Below the pieces are notes generated by a model, which saw only the letters and a program-made list of their open reading frames with translations, had not been told where the DNA came from and did not search any database. A stretch of 64,000 nt of DNA, from the NCBI GenBank assembly GCA_963827275.1, contig CAWHAA010000008.1:224001-288000 (forward strand). The letters run 5' to 3'. Position numbers and translations under genes: made by a program. Source of the DNA: an uncultured Spirochaetota bacterium. Lineage in GTDB: Bacteria; Spirochaetota; UBA4802; UBA5550. The first letter of the stretch is position 1. Every line of letters starts with the position of its first letter. Shown in pieces: positions 20,730 to 31,023 of the stretch.

Positions 20730-21515
20730 TTACTTGGCGCCGAGCCCGCCGTCGACCGCAATCACCGCGCCGGTGACGTAATCTGACGCCTTTGACGCGA
20801 GGAAGAGGGCAAGCCCCTTGATCTCGTTTTCTTCTCCCACCTTCCCGAGCGGGATCTGCGCCACCATCGCGTTGAACAACGGCTTCATCTCGGGCTTGAA
20901 CACGTATTCCATCATGTCAGTATGGAAAAACCCGGGTGCAATGGCGTTGACCTGTATGTTGTACTGCCCGAGCTTGACGGCCAGGTTCTTGGTGAGGATC
21001 TCGACCGCCGCCTTCGTGGAGTTGTAGGGCACCGCCGGGTGCGCTATTTCGAGTGATCCGCGCGAGCCGAACACCGAGGAGATGTTGATTATCTTGCCGC
21101 CGCCTTTTTCCTTCATGATCCTCGCGACCTGCTGGGTGAGGATCCACAGGCCGCGCACGTTGACGTTGAACAGCTTGTCCCACTTGTCGAGCGGGAAGTC
21201 GAGGGTGGGCGCGCCCCAGGTGATGCCGGCGTTGTTCACCAGAATGTCCACCGAGCCGAGCTCCTGCACCGCCGTTTTTACAAGGTTGTCAATGTCTTCC
21301 TTCAATTCCATGTCGCATTTGACAGGGATGGCCTTCACGCCGAGCTTCCTGAGCTCTACCGCTTCTTTTTCGAGGTTCTGGATCTTGCGCGACGCTATCA
21401 CGACGTCCGCGCCGGCTTCCGCCAGCCCGGCGGCGATAAAGCTCCCGATGCCCCTTCCACCGCCGGTTACGATCGCTTTTTTCCCTTTGACATCGAACAA
21501 TTCTTTGACGTTCAT
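20730..21515 (-). CDS. Short-chain dehydrogenase/reductase (gluconate-5-dehydrogenase-like)
   Basis: TGGGRGIG, VNNAG, YNSTK, NAIAPG, VDGG; AGGAG RBS before MNVKELF. Confidence 0.92.
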   Translation of the reverse strand: MNVKELFDVKGKKAIVTGGGRGIGSFIAAGLAEAGADVVIASRKIQNLEKEAVELRKLGVKAIPVKCDMELKEDIDNLVKTAVQELGSVDILVNNAGITWGAPTLDFPLDKWDKLFNVNVRGLWILTQQVARIMKEKGGGKIINISSVFGSRGSLEIAHPAVPYNSTKAAVEILTKNLAVKLGQYNIQVNAIAPGFFHTDMMEYVFKPEMKPLFNAMVAQIPLGKVGEENEIKGLALFLASKASDYVTGAVIAVDGGLGAK

Positions 21516-21797
21516 ATTCGACTCCTTCTCTGTATGATGATGCCCGTTATGAGCCCTGCGGGGATTATTATTCAATCCGATGCATTATATACAAGAAAAA
21601 TTTTTTTTAGATACGGGTGATGGTATACCGGCGGCCCGCGCATGCGTGGTATTTATTGTTTTTTGGGAAAAAATCATTTGAAAAAAAGATGACGGCATGT
21701 AGTATCAATAACGGGGCACCGGGAAGACGGCTGTACCCGTTCAGCCGTATCCTCCTTATCCGCAGGTCGCATCATTATTACAATATCGGAGGGAGCC

Positions 21798-22640
21798 ATG
21801 GTACAGGTCGATATCGTCTGGTCTTACGCGTTCGGGGCAACATTCGCGGCCGCAGCCGCCCGCCAGCTGGAAAAGGAGGAAAAGCCGTTTGATAACAAAT
21901 GGTTTATCTTCATCCTTCTCTTTCTTTCGATCTTTTTTGCGCCGTCGGGCCTCTATCTCCTGTGGGAGCATACCCAGTGGGAAACCATGCAGGTTGCGAC
22001 GAAATTCGACGACATACCCGCATGGCTCGTGACAGCGTTCGCGGTGACCAACATTACCCAGGGCATCCTCGGGTACTGGACCACGTTCAGGCTGATAAAG
22101 AAAAAAAATTATTACGGCGCCCATGTCAACTGGATGGCCGCATGGATCATTTTCTGGTTTATCCTGGTGTGCGGGTGGGACTGCACCGGGTGGCAGCGCT
22201 TCCTCTATGACATGAGCGTGATGGGCGGCGAGCTCTGGGCGCCGGGGAAGCAGATGGGCCTTTCATTCTTCTACGCGAGCCGCGTCTGGTGGACCCTTGT
22301 CGTGATGGGGGTCTTCTTCGCGCCGATGCTTATCTATGGATACCTGAACTTCACCATTGAAGGCGCGAAGATGGACCCGTCCATCGGAAAGGAAAAGGCG
22401 CCGGGTGTCATAACCGTGCTGGTGCTCTATTTCGGCGCCCAGTGGGTCGTGTGCCTGGGCCTTGCCGTCCTCGCGGCCCTGACGGTCATGGGGATCAGGG
22501 AGCTGACCGGCAGCCTGCCCGCGGCCTACTGTATCGGCGTGCCGGTCTTTTCAATTTTTGCGTACCGCATGCTCTTCAGGAGAAGAATGCCGATGCATCT
22601 TCTCGCGAAGCGGCTCTACGTGAAGGAACCGGGCGAATAG
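21798..22640 (+). CDS. Integral membrane protein of unknown function
   Basis: GGAG RBS; about 7 hydrophobic helices; MVQVDIVWSYAFGA, WETMQV, GWDCTGWQRF. Confidence 0.75.
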   Translation: MVQVDIVWSYAFGATFAAAAARQLEKEEKPFDNKWFIFILLFLSIFFAPSGLYLLWEHTQWETMQVATKFDDIPAWLVTAFAVTNITQGILGYWTTFRLIKKKNYYGAHVNWMAAWIIFWFILVCGWDCTGWQRFLYDMSVMGGELWAPGKQMGLSFFYASRVWWTLVVMGVFFAPMLIYGYLNFTIEGAKMDPSIGKEKAPGVITVLVLYFGAQWVVCLGLAVLAALTVMGIRELTGSLPAAYCIGVPVFSIFAYRMLFRRRMPMHLLAKRLYVKEPGE

Positions 22641-22709
22641 GACGGACCCGGTCCGCGCCGGGCCCCGGTCGGGTCGGAACGGGGGCCGGCGCTTGTCATG
22701 ACCGGCGCT

Positions 22710-23888
22710 TCAGCCGTTGTAGGTGCACCGCATTTCGCCCATGTACATGGTGGCGACGCAGCTGTTGCAGGGCCCGCAGCGCAGGCACTTGGATACATGC
22801 GCGGGGTCATTCTTCATCCTGTTGACGAACTCCGGGTCCGCCACCAGGGCGCGCGCGATGGCCACGAAGTCGAACCCCCTGTCAAGCACCTCGTCGATTT
22901 TTCTCCGGGACACGATGCCGCCCACGTAAACCAGGGGGAGCGTTACCGCCTCGCGGACCCTGAGCGCGTCCTCGAGGAAAAAGGCCTCCTGGTAGGGATA
23001 GTCCTTGATCATGATGCGGGAAAAGCCGATCATCCCGATCTTGATGAGGAGGTCCTGCTGGTAGCTGATGAGCTCTTTGTGCGGCGTGAGTCCCCGCATC
23101 ATGTAGAAGGGGGTCTGGCTCACAAACCCGCCGGAGAGCACCAGCGCGTCGGCGCCTTCCTGCTCGAGGATCTTCGCAACCGCGATGCCCTCTTCCTTGT
23201 CCATGCCGCCGCGGAACCCGTCATCGAGGTTGGTCTTCACCAGCACGGCGATTTTCCCGCCTGCCGCTTTCCGCACCTCAGCCATCACCATTCGCAGGAA
23301 CCGGGCGCGGTTTTCGAGCGGGCCGCCGTAGCGGTCGGTGCGCCGGTTGGTATAGGGCGACAGGAACTGGCTGATGAGATAGCCGTGTCCGGCATGTATC
23401 TCCACCGCGTCGAACCCGGACTCCCGCGCCAGGGCCACGGCCCGGCCGTGCGCGCGCGCCATTTCTTCAATCTCCGTCTCTGACATTCTCCGGGGGATGG
23501 TAAGGCCGAACAGGGTCAGCCTGGCGGAGGGCGCGACGGCCCGCTGGCCGGAGACCTTTCTGTCGGCCATGTTGCCGGCATGGCCGAGCTGGACCGACGC
23601 GGCGGCGCCCTCGCGGTGCACTGCATCGGTGAGCTTTTTCATGTCCGGGACAATCTCGGGGCGCATCCACGCCTGGTGGCTGAAGGTGCGGCCTCCGTCG
23701 GCGACCGAGACATAGGCCACGGTGGTCATGCCGATTCCGCCCGCCGCGACCGAGCGGTGATAATTGATGAGGGACTGCGATGGCACGCCGCCGGGGCACA
23801 TTCCCTCGAAGCCGGCCGACCGTATGGTCCGGTTCCTGATCGTGAGCGGGCCGATGGTGCCGGGGGTGAAGAGCTTGCTTTCTGTCAT
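22710..23888 (-). CDS. NADH:flavin oxidoreductase (old yellow enzyme family)
   Basis: RNRTIRSA, QLGHAG, GFDAVEIHAGHGYLISQFLSP, RTDRYGG, ARALVADP; start MTESKLF. Confidence 0.92.
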   Translation of the reverse strand: MTESKLFTPGTIGPLTIRNRTIRSAGFEGMCPGGVPSQSLINYHRSVAAGGIGMTTVAYVSVADGGRTFSHQAWMRPEIVPDMKKLTDAVHREGAAASVQLGHAGNMADRKVSGQRAVAPSARLTLFGLTIPRRMSETEIEEMARAHGRAVALARESGFDAVEIHAGHGYLISQFLSPYTNRRTDRYGGPLENRARFLRMVMAEVRKAAGGKIAVLVKTNLDDGFRGGMDKEEGIAVAKILEQEGADALVLSGGFVSQTPFYMMRGLTPHKELISYQQDLLIKIGMIGFSRIMIKDYPYQEAFFLEDALRVREAVTLPLVYVGGIVSRRKIDEVLDRGFDFVAIARALVADPEFVNRMKNDPAHVSKCLRCGPCNSCVATMYMGEMRCTYNG

Positions 23889-24061
23889 GACGAGTGATCC
23901 TTGTGCCGTAATATTTTTCCTGTTAGATGCCCCGGTCCGGGGAAGGATGTCAACTTTTTTAAGTTCATATTGTTTGACATTTTGTCGCTGCGTTGAGCAT
24001 ATGTCAGCGTACGCATCATGGGCGTGCGGCCGCATAACCGCGCTTACAGGGAGACTTCGTC

Positions 24062-24885
24062 ATGAAAAATCCATACAGAAGACAAGACCGCGTTCGTCAC
24101 CGGCGGGGGTTCCGGGATCGGCCGGGCGCTGTGCGAGGAGCTGGCGGCGCGGGGCGCCGCGGTCATCGTCACGGACATCAACATGAAGGAGGCGGAACGT
24201 ACGGCGGCATCAATCGCGGCGCGCGGCGGCGTGTCGCGCGCGCAGGCGCTCGACGTGTCCGATGAGACGGCGGTGTTCCGCGCGGTGGAGGCGGCGGCGG
24301 AATCAGGGGGCATCGATTATTATTTCAACAATGCCGGCATCGGGATCTCCGCCGACGCGCTCGACCTGACCATGCAGCAGTGGCGGAAGGTGTTTGACGT
24401 GAATCTGTTCGGCGTGCTGTACGGCACCATGGCGGCCTACGGCGTCATGGCCCGGCGCGGCTGCGGCCACATCGTCAACACCTCGTCCATGGCGGGGTTC
24501 GCGCCCTTTTCGATCAACACCCCCTACACGGCGGCGAAGTACGGCGTGGTGGGCCTCACCGACGCCCTGCGCCACGAGGCGGCGGGCCGGGGCGTGCGCA
24601 TGACCCTGGTCTGCCCCGGCATAGTCAGGACCGGCTTTTACGACGCGATCGAGATCATCGGCACCACGCGGGAGACCTACATGTCGTGGATGCCGCGGCG
24701 CCTGATCACGCCGGAGCGCGCGGCGAAGATCATTCTGTGACGGCGTGGCGAAAAACAGGAAGACGATAATCTTTCCGCTCCACGCGCGGCTCCTCTGGTG
24801 GGTGAAGAAGCTGGCCCCCGGGACGCTCGATATCATGAATAAAGTGATGGTGAAAAAATACCGGTCGCTGCGGGCGGGCAACTAG
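24062..24885 (+). CDS. Short-chain dehydrogenase/reductase with two apparent +1 insertions (~24077, ~24738)
   Basis: Corrected reading MKNPY-EDKTAFVTGGGSGIG...NNAGI...YTAAK...KIIL-DGVAKNRKTIIFP...GN*. Confidence 0.8.
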
Positions 24886-25245
24886 CGGAACATGTCCTCG
24901 ATCCATTCGATCGCGTCGTCGCTGATCGAGACGAGGTCGAAGCGGAAGGTGATCTCCGGGCGGTTGTAGTCCGGCCGCTCGGCGATGAAGGCGCGCGCCG
25001 CAGTTTTCAGGCTGCTCTTTTTTCTGCTGCTGATTGAATAGAGGGCGCCGCCGTGGCGCTCGGAGCCGGCGGTTCTTCACTTCGGCGAAAATGACCAGGT
25101 CGCCCCGGCGGGCAATGATGTCGATTTCGCCGTACCGGCCGAAGCGGTAATTCCGCTCAATGAGCTCGAATCCCCTGTCCCGGAGAAACCCCGCAGCCAG
25201 GTCTTCCCCCCTGGCGCCCATCTCGCGGTTGTTCACCGGTCCCAC
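24882..25245 (-). CDS. yraN: YraN-family endonuclease-like protein (apparent +1 insertion ~25068)
   Basis: GARGEDLA, ERNYR, GEIDII, FAEVK; after the shift ...RFDLVSI...WIEDMFR*. Confidence 0.85.
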
Positions 25246-25254
25246 GCACGCGGC

Positions 25255-26466
25255 CTATAGCACGTCGAAGATATTGATGCCCACTTCCGCCTCGTCGAGG
25301 GCGCGGGCGATGTAGAGCGAGGATTCCGTCAGCAGGTTGATGATGAGGGTCTTTTCGATGCGCATCCGGTCCTTGTCGAAGACGAGCTTGATGATGGGCC
25401 GGAGCGGTTTTTCCGGCACCGACCCGATGATGATGCCGATGGAGCCGTCGTTCAGCTCCACGATGGAGCCGATCGGATAGACCGACATGCAGGAGAGAAA
25501 TACGCGCAGTATGACCGGGTCGAACTTGTTCACGCCGCTGCTTAACAGATTCCGCATGGCGTGATAGAAGAAGACCTTTTTCCTGTAGCTGCGGTTCGTG
25601 ATCTGCGCCTCGTAGCTGTCGGCGATCGCGGCGATACGGGCGAATTCGTCGATATCGTTGCCGCGGAGCCCGCGGGGATAGCCCTTGCCGTCGAATTGCT
25701 CGTGGTGCTGGAGCGATACCATGGCCGAGCTTTCCTTTATCTTGCCCAGCTCCTTCAGCGCCTTGTAGCCGAGGAGCGGGTGCGTTTTTATCTGGTTGTA
25801 TTCCTGGTCGGTCAGGTTCGACTGCTTGTGGATGATGTACACCGGCAGCTTGATCATGCCCGCGTCGATGAGAAGGGTGCCGAGCCCGAGGTCGTTGAGC
25901 TTGATGGGGCTGTATTTCAGGGCCATGCCGATGATGAGGGAATAGAAGGTCACGTTGACCGAATGGGTCAGGGTGTAGTCTTTCCCCTCGTCAAGCCCGT
26001 AGAGGAAGAGGAATATATTGCTGTTTTCCCTTAACAGCCGGATGATGCTCTGGACCGATTCATCGAGGTCGCGGGTTTCGAAGGGGGTGTTGTTTTTTAT
26101 CGCCCGGTGCACGGCCTCGACGGCGTTACGGGCGCGGCCGTGCACTTCGATGAGGGCCTTGCGCTTTTTCAGGAGCTCGTTGTAGTCGGCGAGGATCTTT
26201 TTTTCTTTTTCGGTGTCCCCGTTTTTGGACGACTTGACGGTTATTTTTTCAACTTCCTTCCCTTTGCCCGGCTCGACCCGCTTGACGAGTACGCCTGCCG
26301 TTTCCACCTCGGTTATTCCCCAGGTCATCAGCTTCTTGATATCGGTTTCCTTGACCGGCGTATTGGCCGAGATGAGCATGTTATTGCTGTCAACATAGAT
26401 GGGTTTGTCGAAGATCATCCCGGGCTTGAGTTCTTCCACCAGTATTTTTTTCATTTTTGACATCAC
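25255..26466 (-). CDS. HD-GYP domain protein (HD dyad degenerate)
   Basis: HSVNV, IKTHP, HHEQFDGKGYP, IADSYEA, YPIGSIVEL; LLIDAG where LLHDxG is expected. Confidence 0.9.
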   Translation of the reverse strand: MMSKMKKILVEELKPGMIFDKPIYVDSNNMLISANTPVKETDIKKLMTWGITEVETAGVLVKRVEPGKGKEVEKITVKSSKNGDTEKEKKILADYNELLKKRKALIEVHGRARNAVEAVHRAIKNNTPFETRDLDESVQSIIRLLRENSNIFLFLYGLDEGKDYTLTHSVNVTFYSLIIGMALKYSPIKLNDLGLGTLLIDAGMIKLPVYIIHKQSNLTDQEYNQIKTHPLLGYKALKELGKIKESSAMVSLQHHEQFDGKGYPRGLRGNDIDEFARIAAIADSYEAQITNRSYRKKVFFYHAMRNLLSSGVNKFDPVILRVFLSCMSVYPIGSIVELNDGSIGIIIGSVPEKPLRPIIKLVFDKDRMRIEKTLIINLLTESSLYIARALDEAEVGINIFDVL

Positions 26467-26741
26467 AGAATTCCCATGTTGTCCAGTTTCGCCCTGAATT
26501 CTGAATTTATCCTATAACAATACGCCAGAACTTCGGAAACCGCCCTGAACAGGGTTTCCGGTATTTCGCTCCCTTCCGACAACTGGGAAAGCGTCTGCGC
26601 CAGATCAGAATCTTTATATACGGTAATGTTGTATGTATCGGCAATCTCGATCAATTTATCGAACAAGATCCCCCTGGCAATCGCCAGGATCTTCGGAATA
26701 TCACCCGAATATTCCAGCGCGACCCCGATTTTTTCCTTCAT
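26463..26741 (-). CDS. FlhB/EscU C-terminal-like small protein (YlqH-like)
   Basis: VALEY..PKILA..LAQTL..IPETLFRAVSEVLAY. Confidence 0.8.
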   Translation of the reverse strand: MKEKIGVALEYSGDIPKILAIARGILFDKLIEIADTYNITVYKDSDLAQTLSQLSEGSEIPETLFRAVSEVLAYCYRINSEFRAKLDNMGIL

Positions 26742-26742
26742 T

Positions 26743-27816
26743 TCATGCCTTGATATCAAATTCACTATTTAATGAGTAATATGAATAAATTTCAACTATT
26801 TTATTTATGGCCTGCTGCGTGTTGAAGAAATTTATGACTGCATGCGGCTTCAGACTCTCGAGTGTGCGTATAAGTTCTCCCGACCCGCTTTTCAGAATAT
26901 CAAGCGCCTCATCCCTGTCGCAAAACACCGAGACCAGCAGCTCTTTGTCCGTTTCCCTGGCGACGATCTCGAGCCTGCCGATAGCGGAAAAATCAACGCT
27001 GAAGAGCCAGGCGTCACCGGCGTCGCAATACCTGGCAGGGTGAAATCCGTCCCCCTCGATGAAGGCGAATTCTCCGGAACGGACCGCTTCCCGCGGCATG
27101 TCCCCGCCGGTCAAAAATTCGAGCAACTGCCTGATGACGGTCTCCTTTGCTTCTCCGTCATCGATCGATCCGATCTCCTCGAGGATTGCATCGGTCATTG
27201 GTCCCGCCCCGGCGGTCCCGCCTGCCGCGAGCCTGCGGAGGCGGTCCTCGCCAAACCCCAGCACGAGGAGCAGGGACCTGAGCGAGTGGGACCTGGCCGA
27301 CATGCCGGAGAGGAGCAGCGACAGGTCGGCGAGCGCGCTTTTGTCGAGGCCGCGCTTTGCGAGGTAATTGAGGAAGCGGGAAAGCCCGTCGTCCTTTGTG
27401 TCGCGGAGCGGGCGATTGAGGAGGAGGGCGTTGAGCTCGAAGATCCCCGCAGGGTGCTTCGCGAGCGCGCCGCCCAGATCATGCAGGACCCTCTTTCGTA
27501 TGACGGCAGGGTCGAACACCGTCATCTGCATTACCTGCCGGATGAAGCCTTCCCTTGTTTCGGGGGGGGTGAGCTTGAAATAATACGAGTCCCCGCTGAC
27601 GGCGTCAAGCTTCAGGGTCACCGCGCCGCCGGCGGGGACGCCCTTCATGAACTGCGCGTGGATCCTCCTCCCGCCGATCTCGATGACGGCGTCGCGGGCG
27701 CCCACCCGCTCGACCACGCGCGCCTGGACTTCCGCGCCTTTCTTGATCCCGTCAAAGAGCGAGCGCATCGCGGTCCGTCCGGACACGGTTACGGTGATTG
27801 TCGGCTCTACTTTCAT
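26743..27816 (-). CDS. Hypothetical protein, possibly with FliK-like C-terminus (YlqG-like position)
   Basis: Lies between rnhB and the FlhB-C-like gene; C-terminal FSVDFSAIGRLEIV..VSVFC. Confidence 0.6.
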   Translation of the reverse strand: MKVEPTITVTVSGRTAMRSLFDGIKKGAEVQARVVERVGARDAVIEIGGRRIHAQFMKGVPAGGAVTLKLDAVSGDSYYFKLTPPETREGFIRQVMQMTVFDPAVIRKRVLHDLGGALAKHPAGIFELNALLLNRPLRDTKDDGLSRFLNYLAKRGLDKSALADLSLLLSGMSARSHSLRSLLLVLGFGEDRLRRLAAGGTAGAGPMTDAILEEIGSIDDGEAKETVIRQLLEFLTGGDMPREAVRSGEFAFIEGDGFHPARYCDAGDAWLFSVDFSAIGRLEIVARETDKELLVSVFCDRDEALDILKSGSGELIRTLESLKPHAVINFFNTQQAINKIVEIYSYYSLNSEFDIKA

Positions 27817-28466
27817 CCCCGGTCCCCGTCCGCCCCCGCGGCGTAAAGGCTTTTGACCGGCTCATAGCTCATGCGGTGCACGGGCGATATCCCCCGGTCG
27901 TGGATGGCCTGGATATGACGGCGGGTGCCGTATCCCTTGTTGCCGGTAAAATTATAGCACGGCCAGAGCCTGTCGAGCCGTTGCATGATCATGTCCCTCC
28001 GCACCTTGGCCTCGATGGAGGCGGACGCGATGGAGATCGATCGCGCGTCCCCTTTCCGTATCGAACGAATGGGAACGCGCGCATGGAAAGAAAAATTTCC
28101 GTCCAGGATGACGATGTCGGGCGTGATGCCTATGGTTTCGAGGAGCCTGTTCACCGCGTATTCGGTCGCACGGTTTACGTTCAGCCGGTCCACTGTCCGG
28201 TGCGAGACAAGGATCGACGAGGTGAACAGCGCTCTGCCGCGTATGAAGTCGAGCGCGGCGAGCCTCTTCCGGGGGCTAAGCTTTTTCGAGTCATCGATGC
28301 CGGGCAGGGGGCCGGGCAATGATTCAATGAAGGAGCGGTCGTAGATGGTGATGCCCACGCAGAGCGGCCCGGCCAGGGCGCCGCGTCCCGCTTCATCCAT
28401 GCCGGCTATGATGCGGCAGCCGTCCCGGACCAGGTCCTGTTCAATTGAAAAATCGGGGCCATGCAA
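27813..28466 (-). CDS. rnhB: Ribonuclease HII
   Basis: GMDEAGRGALAGP, DDSKKL, LDGN, KGDA.S.SIASASI.AKV.RD, KGYGT..H; start uncertain (TTG 28466 or further upstream). Confidence 0.92.
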   Translation of the reverse strand: MHGPDFSIEQDLVRDGCRIIAGMDEAGRGALAGPLCVGITIYDRSFIESLPGPLPGIDDSKKLSPRKRLAALDFIRGRALFTSSILVSHRTVDRLNVNRATEYAVNRLLETIGITPDIVILDGNFSFHARVPIRSIRKGDARSISIASASIEAKVRRDMIMQRLDRLWPCYNFTGNKGYGTRRHIQAIHDRGISPVHRMSYEPVKSLYAAGADGDRG

Positions 28467-28497
28467 AAAGGCGGACCTGCGGTCCGCCTTTTTTTTT
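28465..28497 (-). terminator. Intrinsic terminator after rplS
   Basis: AAAAAGGCGGACC-tgc-GGTCCGCCTTTTTTTTT perfect stem. Confidence 0.8.
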
Positions 28498-28555
28498 ACC
28501 GGTGCGCCCTCATGTGAGCTGCCCTTCAACAATTGTCCTGCCCGGAAGAACGGGG

Positions 28556-28987
28556 TTACTCGTTCGGGGTCCCTTCCTGCGCTGGGGCCTCCCCGACCGC
28601 GGGGACGTCGGCACCGGAAACCGAGTGCTTTTTCGTGCCTTTTTTTGTCTTCTCGCGGAGCTTCGCGGACTTGCCCGTCCGGTCGCGCAGGTAGTAGAGC
28701 TTGGCCCTGCGGGCCTTGCCCTTGCGGACCACGTCGATTTTGGCGATCCTGGTCGAATAGACGGGAAAGATCCTCTCGACCCCGACGTCAAAGGAGAGCT
28801 TGCGAACCGTGAAGGACTTGCTCATGCCCTTGTTGTCGATCGCGATGACGATGCCTTCGAATATCTGGATGCGCTCGCGGTTCCCCTCGACGATCCGGTA
28901 GTGGACCTTGACGGTGTCCCCTATCTCGAAATTTATCTGTCTATCGACAGGCATTATTTTCTTTTCGATTTCCTTCATGATTTCCAT
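28556..28987 (-). CDS. rplS: 50S ribosomal protein L19
   Basis: [40 protein letters not shown]. Confidence 0.97.
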   Translation of the reverse strand: MEIMKEIEKKIMPVDRQINFEIGDTVKVHYRIVEGNRERIQIFEGIVIAIDNKGMSKSFTVRKLSFDVGVERIFPVYSTRIAKIDVVRKGKARRAKLYYLRDRTGKSAKLREKTKKGTKKHSVSGADVPAVGEAPAQEGTPNE

Positions 28988-28990
28988 CGT

Positions 28991-29690
28991 TTATTCTCCT
29001 GATATTTTTCTTAAAAGATATTTCCTGTAAAGGTCCGGCCTGATCCGCCGTGTCTTTTCTATGCTCTGCTCCCGCCGCCACGCGCGTATCTGTCCATGGT
29101 TCCCTCCGAGCAGGACCTCCGGCACCTTCATGCCGCCGGTCTCCTCCGGACGGGTGTACTGGGGATACTCGAGGAGGTCAAGCTCGAAGCTCTCCTCCGA
29201 AAGCGATTCCCTGTTCGACATGAACCCCGGCACGAGACGGGAAACCGCGTCGATTATGCTGAGCGCGGCATACTCCCCGCCGGAGAGTACGTAATCGCCG
29301 ACCGAAATCTCGTAATCGACGTAGCGGTCGATGATCCGCTGGTCAACCCCCTCGTAATGCCCGCATACAAGGGTCAGCGCCCTTCAGGCCCGCCAGTTCC
29401 TTCACCAGGTCCTGCGTGAGGAGCGTGCCTGACGCCGACGTCATCGCCACGGGAACGCCCTCCTGCCTGACGCTCTCTATCGCGCCGGCCAGGGGCCCCG
29501 GCATGAGGACCATCCCGGACCCGCCGCCGTACGGGTAATCATCGCAGCGCCGGTAATTGTCGGTCGCGAAATCGCGAATATCGGTTATCGTAACGCCGAT
29601 GGTCCCGGATTCGACCGCCTTCCCCAGAAGCCCGGAGGCGAGCGGCGAGGAGAAGAACCCGGGAAACAGTGTCACAATGTTAAAAATCAA
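28991..29690 (-). CDS. trmD: tRNA (guanine37-N1)-methyltransferase (apparent +1 insertion ~29381)
   Basis: TLFP, DDYPYGGGSGM; after the shift LVCGHYEGVDQR..SVGDYVLSGGE..LLEYPQYTRP. Confidence 0.92.
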
Positions 29691-30207
29691 TCAGTCCCTC
29701 GACAGGATGAATGTCCAGTCTGCCCTTCCGGATCTCCCCGGTGTCAACCATCGCTTCGACAAAAGGGACCATGAAGGTGTTTCCCCGGTCGTCGGCTATG
29801 ATGAGTATCTCGCCGGCGCCCGCTTCGAGGATGTCATTCACGGTGCCGAACCGCCGCCCTTCGTGATAGACGTCGCACCCGATTATATCGTAATAATAAT
29901 AACTCCCTTCGCCAAGCCCGCTTCTCGTTTTTTCGGCCTCGGATTTTTCTATGAAGATATCGAGTCCTTTGAGGGCGAGGGCCTTGTCCCGGTCATCGAT
30001 GCCGTCGAGCTGCAGGAGGGCGGTTTTCCCCTTCTGGGGCGTGAAGCCGGCTATCGTAAATTTCCGGTACGTGTTATCGTGTTGAATGAAAACGTTATTG
30101 TTTTTTTCGAACCGTTCGCTGAAGTCAGAGACGACCGCGATCCTGAGGCGGCCGGTCAATCCATGGACGCCCGCCACAACGGCTATACGGATATATTCAT
30201 CTGCCAT
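29680..30207 (-). CDS. rimM: 16S rRNA processing protein RimM
   Basis: HGLTG, YYYYDIIGC, MVPFV; position in operon. Confidence 0.92.
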   Translation of the reverse strand: MADEYIRIAVVAGVHGLTGRLRIAVVSDFSERFEKNNNVFIQHDNTYRKFTIAGFTPQKGKTALLQLDGIDDRDKALALKGLDIFIEKSEAEKTRSGLGEGSYYYYDIIGCDVYHEGRRFGTVNDILEAGAGEILIIADDRGNTFMVPFVEAMVDTGEIRKGRLDIHPVEGLIDF

Positions 30208-30443
30208 TAATCCAGAATTTCCAGCACCACCCGTTTCCCTGATTTCGTCGCGGAAGCGTTTATTATTGTCCGGATCGCCCGGGCGATCCGGCCGTGTTTT
30301 CCTATGACCTTGCCAATATCTTCCTTGGTTACGCGCAACTCGAGGATTGTCGATTTTTCACCTTCAACTTCCCGTATCTCAACCTGTTCCGGATGGTCCA
30401 CCAGGGACTTCACCATGTAATCAACGAGTTCTTTGTAGTCCAT
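30207..30443 (-). CDS. khpA: KH-domain RNA-binding protein KhpA
   Basis: LVDHPEQV..DIGKVIGKHGRIARAIRT. Confidence 0.93.
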   Translation of the reverse strand: MDYKELVDYMVKSLVDHPEQVEIREVEGEKSTILELRVTKEDIGKVIGKHGRIARAIRTIINASATKSGKRVVLEILD

Positions 30444-30460
30444 TCCCGCCTCCGGTCGGA

Positions 30461-30724
30461 TTATCTGGCGCTTTTAAACTTTTGCCAGAGCCCCTTTTTT
30501 TTCAGCAGCTGCAGGATTGTGCTCGTCGGTACGGCGCCTTTTCCGAGCCAGTGGAAGAGCTTTGTTTCATCAATGACTAATTGTTCACCCTCAACAATCG
30601 GCTGGTACCTGCCAATTTGATCGATGAACTTACCGTCTCTCTTTTCCCTTTCATCAATGGCAATTACCCGGTAGAATGGTTTCTTTTTCGTTCCTATTCT
30701 CTGCAAGCGTATCTTAACGGCCAC
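30461..30724 (-). CDS. rpsP: 30S ribosomal protein S16
   Basis: VKIRLQRIGTKKKPFYRV..RDGKFI..GA.P. Confidence 0.97.
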   Translation of the reverse strand: MAVKIRLQRIGTKKKPFYRVIAIDEREKRDGKFIDQIGRYQPIVEGEQLVIDETKLFHWLGKGAVPTSTILQLLKKKGLWQKFKSAR

Positions 30725-30962
30725 GGGTACGTTCCTCCTGAAATGATTAGGAATTTATTTATTTTTAACCCCCCTTTTTTGTCAATAGAAAATAGTCAAA
30801 TTTGGGTAATTAATCAGATTAATAATGCGGTTCAGCCTGCTCTAACCGCCCCAGATCTCCAGGTGGGGCAGGAAGGATAATGCTTTTTTAACTTTCCGGG
30901 AAGTGTACCCTCCCCGGGGCCGGCCGGGGAGACGTAACGCGCTGGATCTGAAGCTGACCTTG

Positions 30963-31005
30963 TCACGTGAAGCCCCTCCGGCAGAAAAACGCCGGGAAGG
31001 GCCTT
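30963..31005. repeat. Hairpin repeat, copy 1 (related copy at 36885-36930)
   Basis: TCACGTGAAGCCCCTCCGGCAGAAAAACGCCGGGAAGGGCCTT. Confidence 0.6.
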
Positions 31006-31023
31006 AGCTATTTCCAGGGGCGG

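Noticed and set aside
28991..29690. trmD as a pseudogene or programmed frameshift
   Set aside because: One of six similar +1 insertions with no slippery site; sequencing error is the simpler explanation.
30800..30960. Possible SRP RNA or other ncRNA upstream of rpsP
   Set aside because: No SRP consensus loop or tRNA-like pattern; only short GC hairpins.
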